A stretch of 64,000 bases of DNA from an uncultured Chloroflexia bacterium (GCA_963716375.1 OY970306.1:1890676-1954675), one strand, 5' to 3'; numbered from the stretch's first letter, positions 13,448 to 24,574 are shown. Notes: generated from the sequence alone by a model not told the origin. A program made the numbers and translations.

Positions 13448-13456
13448 AGTCTAGCA
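13448..13456 (-). promoter_or_regulatory. extended -10-like box TGCTAGACT upstream of fhaA
   Basis: Minus strand reads TGCTAGACTCCGGGCCCGACC-ATG. The hexamer lies 12 nt from the fhaA ATG, implying a very short leader. A near-identical box sits in front of the valS leader. Confidence 0.35.
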
Positions 13457-15014
13457 GAGGGATCGGACGACCCCGTTCCTGGAGCCCGATCGGCTCGCGG
13501 CCCGTCGGGACCATCGTCGAGGTCCCTCGGTACGAGAGGCTTGGCTGGATCGAGGGCTGCGAGAGGTAGCGTTAGGGGCAGTTGAGCGGAGCTCGACTCC
13601 GCTCGCCGGTTCAGCCAGTTTCAAGGTCGACGTGCCCGAACTTCTCACGGAATCCTTCTGCGAACGTTGTGGCACCCGCTTCACGTTCGGCGCGCCACCC
13701 CGGCCACCTCGGCTGGGCAAGCTGCGCGTGGTCTCGCGCGGCCTGAAGGGCTACGTCCTGAGCGACGACACGTCGCTGACGGACGCGATCGCCGATGCAA
13801 GGATCGCCGACGAGCGGCGACGATCCGGCCGCCAGCTCGACCTCTTCCACAGCACGTTCAATTTCTGCATGACCTGCCGCCAGTACACCTGCGGCAACTG
13901 CTGGAACGTGGAGGCCGGTCGCTGCCTCACCTGCGCCCCGGTGGCTGGCGCCGAGGCGCTCCCCGCGACGATGCCGGCCGTGCCCCGCGCGACGGGCCGG
14001 ACGGCGCTCACTCCCCTGGGTTCCGATGGCCAGCCGCTGAGCGTCATCGATCCGGAGGTGTCCGCCGAGTGGCGCGACGTCGGCGCGATCGCGGCCGCGG
14101 CGGCAATCTACGGGCATACGGCGGGCAACGGGCACGAGACGAGCAACGGGCTTGAGGCGGCGGAGCCGACGGCGGTCGCCGAACCTGGAGCGGAGGCCGA
14201 GGCGTCCGTAGCAGCCGTTTCGGCCGAACCGGCTGCGCAGGCCGACGCGGTCGATCTTGCAGCGGCCGCGCTGGACGCCGCGGGCGAGCTTGACGCCGCG
14301 GGCGAGCTGGACGCCTCGGGCGAACCTGATGCGGGCGGCCTTGGCGTGGCCGAGCTGACCGCCGCGGCCGGCGATGACCAGCTTGCCGGGCGCGACGATC
14401 CCGGCCTCGAAGCCGACGCGAATTCGAGCGCGAGCTCGCGACCTGCCGTCGATTGGGACGCGATCGCCACGGCTCCGGTCTGGGTCGTCCGGAACCTCGA
14501 GCCGCTGTCTCCGGCAATGGCGAGCGCGAGCGACGCGGACCTCGAGGCCATCGCGGTCGCGCCCGAAGGCGATACCGAGCCGGTGGCGGAGGACCTTGAG
14601 ATCGAGGCCGCAGAAGCCCTGGCCAGTGAGCCGGATCCGCTCCCGGCCGTGGTCCTCGTCGCGGCCGACACCGAGCCGGTCGCAGCCGAAGACGCCGAGA
14701 CCGAAGCCGATCCAGCTATGCTCGAGGCGGTCGATCCGGAACCGATCTTGATCGCCTTGGAACTCGCGCTCTCGTCGCTGGAGATCGAGCGTCTCGCGGT
14801 CGAGGCCATCGAGAGTGAGCCCGACGGTGAGCCCATCGCAGTGGAGGCCGAAACGGTCGAAGCCGCGACCGGGCACGATTCGATCGCGGCGGACGTGACC
14901 GATCCAGGCGCCGCAGGCGTTCTGGCGGAGCCGATTGCGATTGTCGCGGAGGCCGTTGAGGCCGAGGACGAACCAGAACCGGTGGCTGCTGCCGAATCCC
15001 CGGCTATTGAACGC

Positions 15015-15146
15015 GAGCCGCTCGCGGCTGAGGCCGACGCCGAAGTCGAGCCGCTCGCGGCTGAGGCCGACGCCGAAGTCGAGCCGCTCGCGGCTGAGGC
15101 CGACGCCGAAGTCGAGCCGCTCGCGGCTGAGGCCGACGCCGAAGTC
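15015..15146 (+). repeat. 4 x 33-bp perfect coding tandem repeat (EPLAAEADAEV)
   Basis: Unit gagccgctcgcggctgaggccgacgccgaagtc read four times consecutively. Confidence 0.95.
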
Positions 15147-15279
15147 GAGCCGCTCGCGGCCGAGGCCGAGCCGCTCGATGGCCGACGTCGAGCCGATGGC
15201 CACCGAGGCCGAGCCGATCGCGGCAGACGCCGTGGCGGATGTGCAAGCAGAGCCGCTCGCGGCTAAGGCCAACGCCGAA

Positions 15280-15447
15280 GTCGAGCCGCTGGCAGCCGAG
15301 GCCGAGCCGATCGCGGTCGAGCCCGTGGCCGCCGAGTCGCTCGCGGCCGAGGCCAACGCCGACGTCGAGCCGCTGGCAGCCGAGGCCGAGCCGATCGCGG
15401 TCGAGCCCGTGGCCGCCGAGTCGCTCGCGGCCGAGGCCGAAGTCGAG
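15280..15447 (+). repeat. 2 x 84-bp coding tandem repeat (VEPLAAEAEPIAVEPVAAESLAAEA..)
   Basis: Two consecutive 84-bp units, identical except for the last few bases. Confidence 0.9.
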
Positions 15448-16659
15448 CCGCTCATGGCCGACCCCGAGACCCTGGCCGCCGATGCCGAGCCGCTCATGGC
15501 CGACGCCGCAGTCGAGCCGGTGGCCGCCGAGGCGACCGAGACCGACGCCGACGTGCCGGCGATCGCCGCCGCCGCCGAACTCACCGCATTCGCGGCTGCG
15601 GCCGGCGTACCCGACGACGATGCCGTAGCGGCGATGACCATCGAGCCGGCCGAAAAGCCGATCGACCTGGCGACGGCCGCGACCCTCGAACCCGAAACGG
15701 CCGAGACGCCGGCGACCGAGCCGATCGTCGCGGGCGACCCGATCTCGGTCGCCGAATCCGTCACCGACGAACCGGACGGCTCGATCCATCTCGGCGCTCG
15801 AATCGTGGGTGGCGGCCTCCTCGGCCGAATCGGCCAGGCCGGCCCGAACGCCCCGACGCCCGACGAGTCGTCCGATCCGATCGACCTTTTCCGCCAGGCG
15901 GCGGTTCTCTCGGGCATGCGCGACGTCGACGACGTCGTCGCCAACCCGGACGAGACCTGGGAGCCGGCTCCCCTGGCGTTCGAGACGCCGGCCATCGCGG
16001 AGCCGATGCTCCCGGCGCCAGAGACGCTGGCTGCAGCGGCCACCTTCGAAGCTGCCACCGACGAGGCAGCCCCCTCCCCGATCGAACCGGTCGCGGCAGA
16101 GGCAGCCGCCGAACCGGTCGCGGCCGCCGAATCGATCGAAGCCAGCCCGGCCACCCCGGCCGCCCCGCCCGCGCAGCCCGAGACCCCGATCGTCCCGCCG
16201 GTCTCGACCGAGCCTGTCTGGTGGATCGTGGCTCCCGATGGTTCGAGCCCGCCGATCCCGGAGGGCCAGCGACCGCCGGCCATCACCGTGCCGGTCCTCG
16301 GCGCCCTTCGCCCGCCCCGAGTCTTCCGCCGCGCGCCGAGCACACCGCCGGCGCCGCCGACCGCCGCGCAGTCGCCGATGCTGCCGCCGACCGTCCGACC
16401 GATCAGTGCCCCACCGACCGGTGGCGGCCCCTCGGATTGGGTGCCGCAGCCGCAATGGCCGCCGGTCGGCGCCCCGCCGGCCCCGGTTGCCCCGCACCCC
16501 GCCACGATCCAGGCGGCCAGCGCAGCCGGCGGCATCTGGGCCGAAATCGAGTCGAGACGTGCTGAACCGGCCCGGCTCCAACGTCCACGCCTGCAATTCG
16601 TGCGCCCTGCCACTGTCGGCCGCAGCCAGGTTCTGCCGCCGTTGCGGAGCGCCGCAGGC

Positions 16660-17709
16660 CTAGGAACCCGGGGCTCCTTGCGACGACGAGTCGCCCGAAG
16701 TCGAGTCCGCGGCGCGTTCGGCCTGATCGGTGGCGCGAGGGCCGCCGGCTCGTTCGGCGGATCCAGCCGGACCATCGACGAGCGGCGGCGCAGCCGTCGC
16801 CGCCATCGTTGTGGCCACTTCATCGGCACTCGAGGTGAACCCTGCCCCGCCGCTGAGCAGCTCGATCCGGATCCGCGTCCACGCTGCTCCGATCAGCAGC
16901 GCCTGGAACACCAGCGAGAGCCACGCAAGGGCCGCGAACACAACCGCAAATGCGCCGAAGACTGCGAGAACCCCGACGAGGAGCGGGGCGATGAAGACGA
17001 ACAGCTGGGTCAGGAGCCCGACGGCGATCCCGACGAGGATCGCGGGTGGCAGCAGCGCCCGCCATGGCACCAACAGGTTCGGGACGACGTGGTACAGAAA
17101 TGCCACGAACACCGGCACGGCCGCGAGTGCCAGCAACGGCACGATGATGTTCGTCAGCAATCGCGCGCCATCGCCCTCGGGACCGGCCGGCAACGCCGCC
17201 AGCACCCGCTGCTGGACCAGCGACAGGACGTAGGCGCCGCCCACGAGTACGACGAGCAGGCCGACCATCACGAGCCCGCGGATCGTCCGACTGACCATCG
17301 AGCGCTTCGAGCGGATGCCGAAGATGCGCGCGAAGGCCCGGTCGATGGCCCCGTAGAATCCGGCCGTGCTCCAGGCGAGCCCGATGAGGCCGATGATCGA
17401 GAATGCGCCGGCACTGGCCGCGAGCCCGGTCAGGGCCTGGCGGGCGATCGGCTCGAGCGGCGGGATCAGCGTCACGACCTGTTCGAGCAGCTGTTCCTTC
17501 ACGGCCGGATCCTGGATGACGAAGCCGATGAGCCCGATCAGCAACAGGATTCCGGTCAGGAAGGCGAGCAGAGCCTGGTAGGCCAGCCCGGCCGCCATGA
17601 GGCCGCCGTCGTTGTCGTAGAAAGTCGAGAGCAGGAGCTGGACGCGGACGACGACCCACCAGGACAGAACGCGCTTGATGATCCGGTCGATCGGCTCCGG
17701 CAGCGTCAT
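16660..17709 (-). CDS. YihY/BrkB family membrane protein
   Basis: MAAGLAYQALLAFLTGILLLIGL plus about 6 TM helices typical of the YihY (formerly ribonuclease BN-like) family. Ser/Ala-rich C-terminal tail. Confidence 0.8.
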   Translation of the reverse strand: MTLPEPIDRIIKRVLSWWVVVRVQLLLSTFYDNDGGLMAAGLAYQALLAFLTGILLLIGLIGFVIQDPAVKEQLLEQVVTLIPPLEPIARQALTGLAASAGAFSIIGLIGLAWSTAGFYGAIDRAFARIFGIRSKRSMVSRTIRGLVMVGLLVVLVGGAYVLSLVQQRVLAALPAGPEGDGARLLTNIIVPLLALAAVPVFVAFLYHVVPNLLVPWRALLPPAILVGIAVGLLTQLFVFIAPLLVGVLAVFGAFAVVFAALAWLSLVFQALLIGAAWTRIRIELLSGGAGFTSSADEVATTMAATAAPPLVDGPAGSAERAGGPRATDQAERAADSTSGDSSSQGAPGS

Positions 17710-17719
17710 GGCGCCACCG

Positions 17720-17962
17720 TTACGGCGTCAGGTCCTCGAACAGGCCCGGCTGCAGCTCGTCCGCCCGAAGCCGGCGCGGCGGCTGGAGGAGCGCACGCAC
17801 CTGGCCCCGCCGGACAAACCGCCGGCCACCGAGCTTGATCGATTGCAGGCGGCCGGTTCGAGCCCAGCGACCGATCGTCGATGGCGAAAACCGGACATTG
17901 GCCGCAGCCAGGATTTCGCTTGCCTCCGCGAGGGTGATCCAGTCACTCGGGGCCGCCGGCAT
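17720..17962 (-). CDS. small helix-turn-helix DNA-binding protein (excisionase/MerR-like HTH_17 type)
   Basis: 80 aa. WITLAEASEILAAANVRFSPSTIGRWARTGRLQSIKLGGRRFVRRGQV fits the winged HTH of excisionase-family DNA-binding domains. Confidence 0.7.
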   Translation of the reverse strand: MPAAPSDWITLAEASEILAAANVRFSPSTIGRWARTGRLQSIKLGGRRFVRRGQVRALLQPPRRLRADELQPGLFEDLTP

Positions 17963-17968
17963 GCCGCG

Positions 17969-18394
17969 TCAGCCCTCGGTCCCGGCGCTTGAGGCCTTGA
18001 CGGTCGCCGACTCGCCGCCGGAACCGTTGGAACCGTTGGAACTCATTTCGCCGCTGCCGCCGGAGCCACTGCCACTGGAGCCGCCGCCCGACGGACTCGA
18101 CTCGCCGCCCGACGACCCGGTCCCCGAGTCGCGACCATGATCGCTCGACCCGGATCCCGAGCCCGAGCCCGAGCCGGCTGAGGGTTCGCCCGTGGAGGTC
18201 TTCGGCCCGGCGGCGCTCGTCCGACGCTCCACCTTTGCCCAGCCCGAGCCCTTGTAGTGGACGGCCGCCGCCACGATCACTTTCCGCATGGCGCCGCCGC
18301 AGACCGGGCACGCCTCAGGACCGGCCGCCGTGACCGAGTGCATGACTTCCATCCGGTGGCCGCACTCGCGGCAGACGTAATCGTAGAGTGGCAC
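17969..18394 (-). CDS. FmdB-family zinc-ribbon protein with Gly/Ser-rich tail
   Basis: GTG start. PLYDYVCRECGHRMEV...CPVCGG is the CxxC_CxxC_SSSS signature, followed by a GSGSGSGSS-type low-complexity tail. Confidence 0.85.
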   Translation of the reverse strand: MPLYDYVCRECGHRMEVMHSVTAAGPEACPVCGGAMRKVIVAAAVHYKGSGWAKVERRTSAAGPKTSTGEPSAGSGSGSGSGSSDHGRDSGTGSSGGESSPSGGGSSGSGSGGSGEMSSNGSNGSGGESATVKASSAGTEG

Positions 18395-18443
18395 CAGGGT
18401 TCTCCCGGAGCCCCGTCACGTTGCCAATGGTCCAGTCGAACCG

Positions 18444-19172
18444 TCAGCCGCGCAGCAGGCGCATCCCGCATTTCGGACAGTAGAACGCACGCTGGTGCGC
18501 CGAGGCGAAGCCGCAATGCGCGCAGACGAGACCGCCACGACCGGCCGCGGGCACGGGCCGGTCGACGGGCGCCAGACCGAGCGCGTACTTGCTGGCAAGG
18601 ACGTTCGTGAAGATGACCGAGAGGATCCGGGTGGCGGTCCGATCCGTGTCCCCCCGGACGCCCTTGCCGCCCCAGCCCACAACTGCCCGGACGATCAGCT
18701 CGCCGGTCGATTCATCCCAGTGCGACGCAACGCCGCCGACGATCGCGTTGTAGAACGGGTAGCCCGAGGTATCCGTCTCGCCATCGAGCAGGGCACACGC
18801 GAAGGTGTCGAACGCGAGGTCGATCGCGTCGAGGGTTTCGAGCACGACCAGCGCATGGCGCGTGACGGGCGAGAGATCGTGGTGCGCGTTGACCCACTGG
18901 AGGGCTTCGGTCGGCCGTTCGATCATCGGCGTCGCCTCGCCGAACTCGACGGCCAGCGGTTCGACCACCTCGATCTCGGTGTCCACCAGCCCGCTCAGCA
19001 TCTCCGGCAGGTCGGCCGTCGAACCCGGCCGCGACTTCATCCGGACCCCGTCGCTGCCCTTGGCGCCATAGTGGATGCGCAGCGAGTAGTCCTGGGCTTC
19101 GATCTCTTCGGGCTCGGGGGCGATCGGCCCATCCTGGCTCTTGCCCTTACGTTTCAGGAACTCGAGCGGCAC
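18444..19172 (-). CDS. hypothetical protein with C-terminal zinc ribbon
   Basis: GTG at 19172 preceded by GAGGA. 242 aa ending ...LVCAHCGFASAHQRAFYCPKCGMRLLRG. The globular core is not assignable to a family by eye. Confidence 0.6.
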   Translation of the reverse strand: MPLEFLKRKGKSQDGPIAPEPEEIEAQDYSLRIHYGAKGSDGVRMKSRPGSTADLPEMLSGLVDTEIEVVEPLAVEFGEATPMIERPTEALQWVNAHHDLSPVTRHALVVLETLDAIDLAFDTFACALLDGETDTSGYPFYNAIVGGVASHWDESTGELIVRAVVGWGGKGVRGDTDRTATRILSVIFTNVLASKYALGLAPVDRPVPAAGRGGLVCAHCGFASAHQRAFYCPKCGMRLLRG

Positions 19173-19255
19173 AACGCGTTCCTCAGGGGAGTGCGGGTTC
19201 GGGCAATGGTAGCAGCGTGACCGGCGCGGTCTGACGGCCCCGGCCGCCGAACCGT

Positions 19256-21988
<2,733 letters not shown>

Positions 21989-22026
21989 CGGTCCGGCTCC
22001 GATCGGATGCGCCAGCGGCGCTTCGA

Positions 22027-22262
22027 CAACAAAAGGCCCGCTCGTCCAGCGGACGAACGGGTCGTGGTACCACTGCTGGTTCGGCGGTTCGACGACCGTC
22101 CCGGTGTTCCGGGCCGGCGCTCTGGCGCCCTCGCGACGCGCTATCGGGCGTCTCCCGCACGGCTCGCGAGCGACCTTCACGCCGTCGTCCCCGCGCGGCT
22201 CGCACCATCCCGCGCTCGCTTCGGGGCCGTCCCGACGCTACTCTTCCCGGTCATCGCCGTGA
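22027..22262 (-). promoter_or_regulatory. T-box riboswitch leader (Val specifier) with intrinsic terminator
   Basis: Minus-strand RNA elements, in order: GGCGAUGACCGGGAAGAGUAGCG (GA/K-turn plus AGAGUA); AGCGA (AG bulge); GGGAUGGUGCGAGCC (distal loop); GUGAAGGUCGC (specifier loop, GUC followed by a purine); CAGCAGUGGUACCACGACCC (T-box core). It ends with CCCGUUCGUCC-GCU-GGACGAGCGGG-CCUUUUGUUG about 40 nt before the valS ATG. Confidence 0.88.
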
Positions 22263-22269
22263 GGGCCGG

Positions 22270-22278
22270 AGTCTAGCA
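22270..22278 (-). promoter_or_regulatory. extended -10-like box TGCTAGACT for the valS T-box leader
   Basis: Minus strand reads TGCTAGACTCCGGCCCTCACGGCGATGA. The hexamer ends about 7-9 nt before the first T-box stem I nucleotides. Confidence 0.4.
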
Positions 22279-22338
22279 CGAGCCCGGCGGCGACTGGAAG
22301 TAAGTCGCCGCAAAGAGCCGCTTCCCATCCTGCAGCCG

Positions 22339-23127
22339 ATGGACGACGCGACGGTTGGCCGGGCTCTGCGGGCGCTTCGGAAGAAACGCGGCTGGCGACA
22401 GGCGGACCTGGCCGCTGCTGCGCGCGTGAGCCAGTCGGTGGTATCGCGGGCCGAGCGCGGTCACTTCGCGACGATTCAGGTCGGGACGGCGCGGGCGTTG
22501 TTTGCCGCTCTCGACGCTGGCTGCTCCCTTGCACCCTGGTGGCGCTCCGGCGAGCTGGATCGGCTGCTCGATGAGGATCATGCGACGCTCGCCGCGCGGG
22601 CGGCGGAGTACCTCCAGCGCCACGGTTGGGCAGTGAGCGTGGAGGTCAGCTTCGCTGTCTTCGGCGAACGCGGATCCATGGACCTGCTCGCCACGCGCCG
22701 GTCGGTTAGCGCGGTGCTCGTGGTCGAGTTGAAGACGCGGCTCATGTCCGTGGAGGAGTTGCTGCGAACGCTGGACCGGAAGGTCAGGCTCGCGGCGCGG
22801 ATCGTCGAGGATCGGGAGGGCTGGCGGACGGCGGTCGTTGGGCGGCTGGTGATCTTCGCGGAAGACAGCACGAATCGGCGGCGGGTCGAGCGGGCCTCGA
22901 TCCTGGCGAGTGCGCTGCCACTGCGCGGCGCGGACCTGGCGGCCTGGCTGCGCGCCCCGGCTGGGACCGCGGCAGGGGTGGTCTTCCTGTCACTCAGTCC
23001 CGGGACGACTGGTAGGCGTCGCGCCGTCGCCCGGCAGCGGGTCCGGCGGCCGCTTCCCCGCTCGAATCAGCGGGCGCCGGGCGGTGTGACGGCATCAGCC
23101 GGTGGATACCAGTCGCCGGGGAACTGA
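22339..23127 (+). CDS. XRE-family HTH protein fused to a PD-(D/E)xK (YraN/Hjc-like) nuclease-fold domain
   Basis: N-terminus GRALRALRKKRGWRQADLAAAARVSQSVVSRAERG (HTH_3-like). Centre GERGSMDLLATRRSVSAVLVVELKTRL resembles the GE.DL....(n)..VEVKTR core of YraN-type endonucleases. Confidence 0.65.
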   Translation: MDDATVGRALRALRKKRGWRQADLAAAARVSQSVVSRAERGHFATIQVGTARALFAALDAGCSLAPWWRSGELDRLLDEDHATLAARAAEYLQRHGWAVSVEVSFAVFGERGSMDLLATRRSVSAVLVVELKTRLMSVEELLRTLDRKVRLAARIVEDREGWRTAVVGRLVIFAEDSTNRRRVERASILASALPLRGADLAAWLRAPAGTAAGVVFLSLSPGTTGRRRAVARQRVRRPLPRSNQRAPGGVTASAGGYQSPGN

Positions 23128-23269
23128 GTGACGGGGAATCGGCCGAAGCGGCGGATTACCAGTCGCCCGGAGACTGCCTGACGAAAACTGCGGCCCGACG
23201 ACGGTCCGCACCTCGCGCCGGAGGACGCGACCGGCCAGCGCCGGCAACGCGCCGGCCGCCTCAGGCTGC

Positions 23270-24574
23270 TTACGCGGTTTCGCCGCGTTCGGCGAGCCAC
23301 TCCTCGTAGTTGGTCTCGTCGACGCCGCGCTCGATCTCGGTCTTGGTCAGCAGCAGCGGCATCCGGCCCTGCCGGATCGTCTCCTCGGTGATGATGCATT
23401 TGCGGATCTCGGTCCGCTCCGGGATGTCGTACATCACGTCGAGCAGCGACTCCTCGACGATCGATCGCAGCGCCCGGGCGCCGGTCTTGCGGTCGACGGC
23501 GACCTCCGCGGCGGCCCGCAGCGCGCCATCCGTGAAGACGAGCTCGACCTTGTCGAGCTGCAGGAACTTCTGGAACTGGCGGGTGATCGCATTCTTCGGC
23601 TCGGTCAGGACGCGGACCAGGTCCTCGGCCGTCAGGGCCGAGAGCGTCACGACGACCGGCAGCCGGCCGACGAATTCAGGGATGAGGCCGTACTTGAGCA
23701 GGTCCTCCGGCATCAGCCGATCGAGGATCCGGCCGCGCTCGAGCTTGCTGACCTGCGATTCGGCCCCGAAGCCAATCGTGCGCCGGCCGACTCGTTCCTC
23801 GACGATCTTCTCGAGCCCGTCGAACGCCCCGCCGCAGATGAACAGGATGTTCGTCGTGTCGATCTGGATGAAGTCCTGGTGCGGGTGCTTCCGGCCGCCC
23901 TGGGGCGGCACGTTGGCGACGGTTCCCTCGAGGATCTTGAGGAGCGCCTGCTGGACGCCCTCGCCGGAGACGTCGCGCGTGATCGACGGGTTGTCGGCCT
24001 TTCGCGAAATCTTGTCGATCTCGTCGATGTAGATGATCCCGCGCTGGGCCCGGGCGACATCGAAATCGGCCGCCTGGATGAGCCGCAGCAGGATGTTCTC
24101 GACATCCTCACCGACGTAGCCGGCCTCGGTCAGCGAGGTGGCGTCGGCGATGCAGAACGGCACGTCCAGGACGCGCGCCAAGGTCTGGGCCAGCAACGTC
24201 TTGCCCGAGCCGGTCGGGCCGACGAGCAGCACATTCGACTTCTGGAGCTCGACCTCGTCGACGGCGTGGCCGGCGTTGACGCGCTTGTAGTGGTTGTAGA
24301 CGGCGACGGACAGGACCTTCTTGGCCCGTTCCTGGCTGATGACGTACTGGTCGAGCGCCGCCTTGATCTGCGGGGGATTCGGCAGCTTGGCGGCCTGCGG
24401 CTTGGCGCGCGGCGCCTCCAGCATCTCCTCTTCGATGATTTCCTGGCAGAGGTTGATGCACTCGTCGCAGATGTAGACGCCCTGGCCCGCGATCAGCTTG
24501 CGGACCTGTTCCTGGCTCTTGCCGCAGAAGCTGCAGCGATACGGGACCTTGGGCCCCTTCGTCGTCGTCGTCAC
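23270..24574 (-). CDS. clpX: ATP-dependent Clp protease ATP-binding subunit ClpX
   Basis: GTG at 24574 ([21 protein letters not shown]...). Zinc finger CSFCG...CDEC, Walker [12 protein letters not shown] and IYIDEIDK Walker B. Confidence 0.96.
   Translation of the reverse strand: MTTTTKGPKVPYRCSFCGKSQEQVRKLIAGQGVYICDECINLCQEIIEEEMLEAPRAKPQAAKLPNPPQIKAALDQYVISQERAKKVLSVAVYNHYKRVNAGHAVDEVELQKSNVLLVGPTGSGKTLLAQTLARVLDVPFCIADATSLTEAGYVGEDVENILLRLIQAADFDVARAQRGIIYIDEIDKISRKADNPSITRDVSGEGVQQALLKILEGTVANVPPQGGRKHPHQDFIQIDTTNILFICGGAFDGLEKIVEERVGRRTIGFGAESQVSKLERGRILDRLMPEDLLKYGLIPEFVGRLPVVVTLSALTAEDLVRVLTEPKNAITRQFQKFLQLDKVELVFTDGALRAAAEVAVDRKTGARALRSIVEESLLDVMYDIPERTEIRKCIITEETIRQGRMPLLLTKTEIERGVDETNYEEWLAERGETA

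Larger units (their letters stand above)
13632..16663 (+). pseudogene. zinc-ribbon / acidic tandem-repeat / proline-rich protein gene, read through three frames (two frameshifts)
   Basis: Frame 0 (13632-15186): CERCG...CMTCRQYTCGNCW...CLTC plus EPLAAEADAEV repeats. Frame 1 (about 15188 to 16540): more acidic repeats, then a Pro-rich region. Frame 2 (to 16663): ACNSCALPLSAAARFCRRCGAPQA-stop. First shift is an extra base near 15187: gagccgctcGatggcc versus gagccgctcatggcc at 15447. Confidence 0.6.

Noticed and set aside
15015-15447. Possible CRISPR array (regular direct repeats)
   Set aside because: The repeats are contiguous with no spacers, lie in frame inside a coding region (EPLAAEADAEV units), and no cas genes are present.
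13611-16829. 1072-aa minus-strand ORF, the longest in this region
   Set aside because: It is antisense to the acidic-repeat gene. Its translation is Gly/Arg/Ala/Ser low-complexity text mirroring the plus-strand repeats and has no recognisable domain. Long stop-free antisense frames are expected at this GC content.
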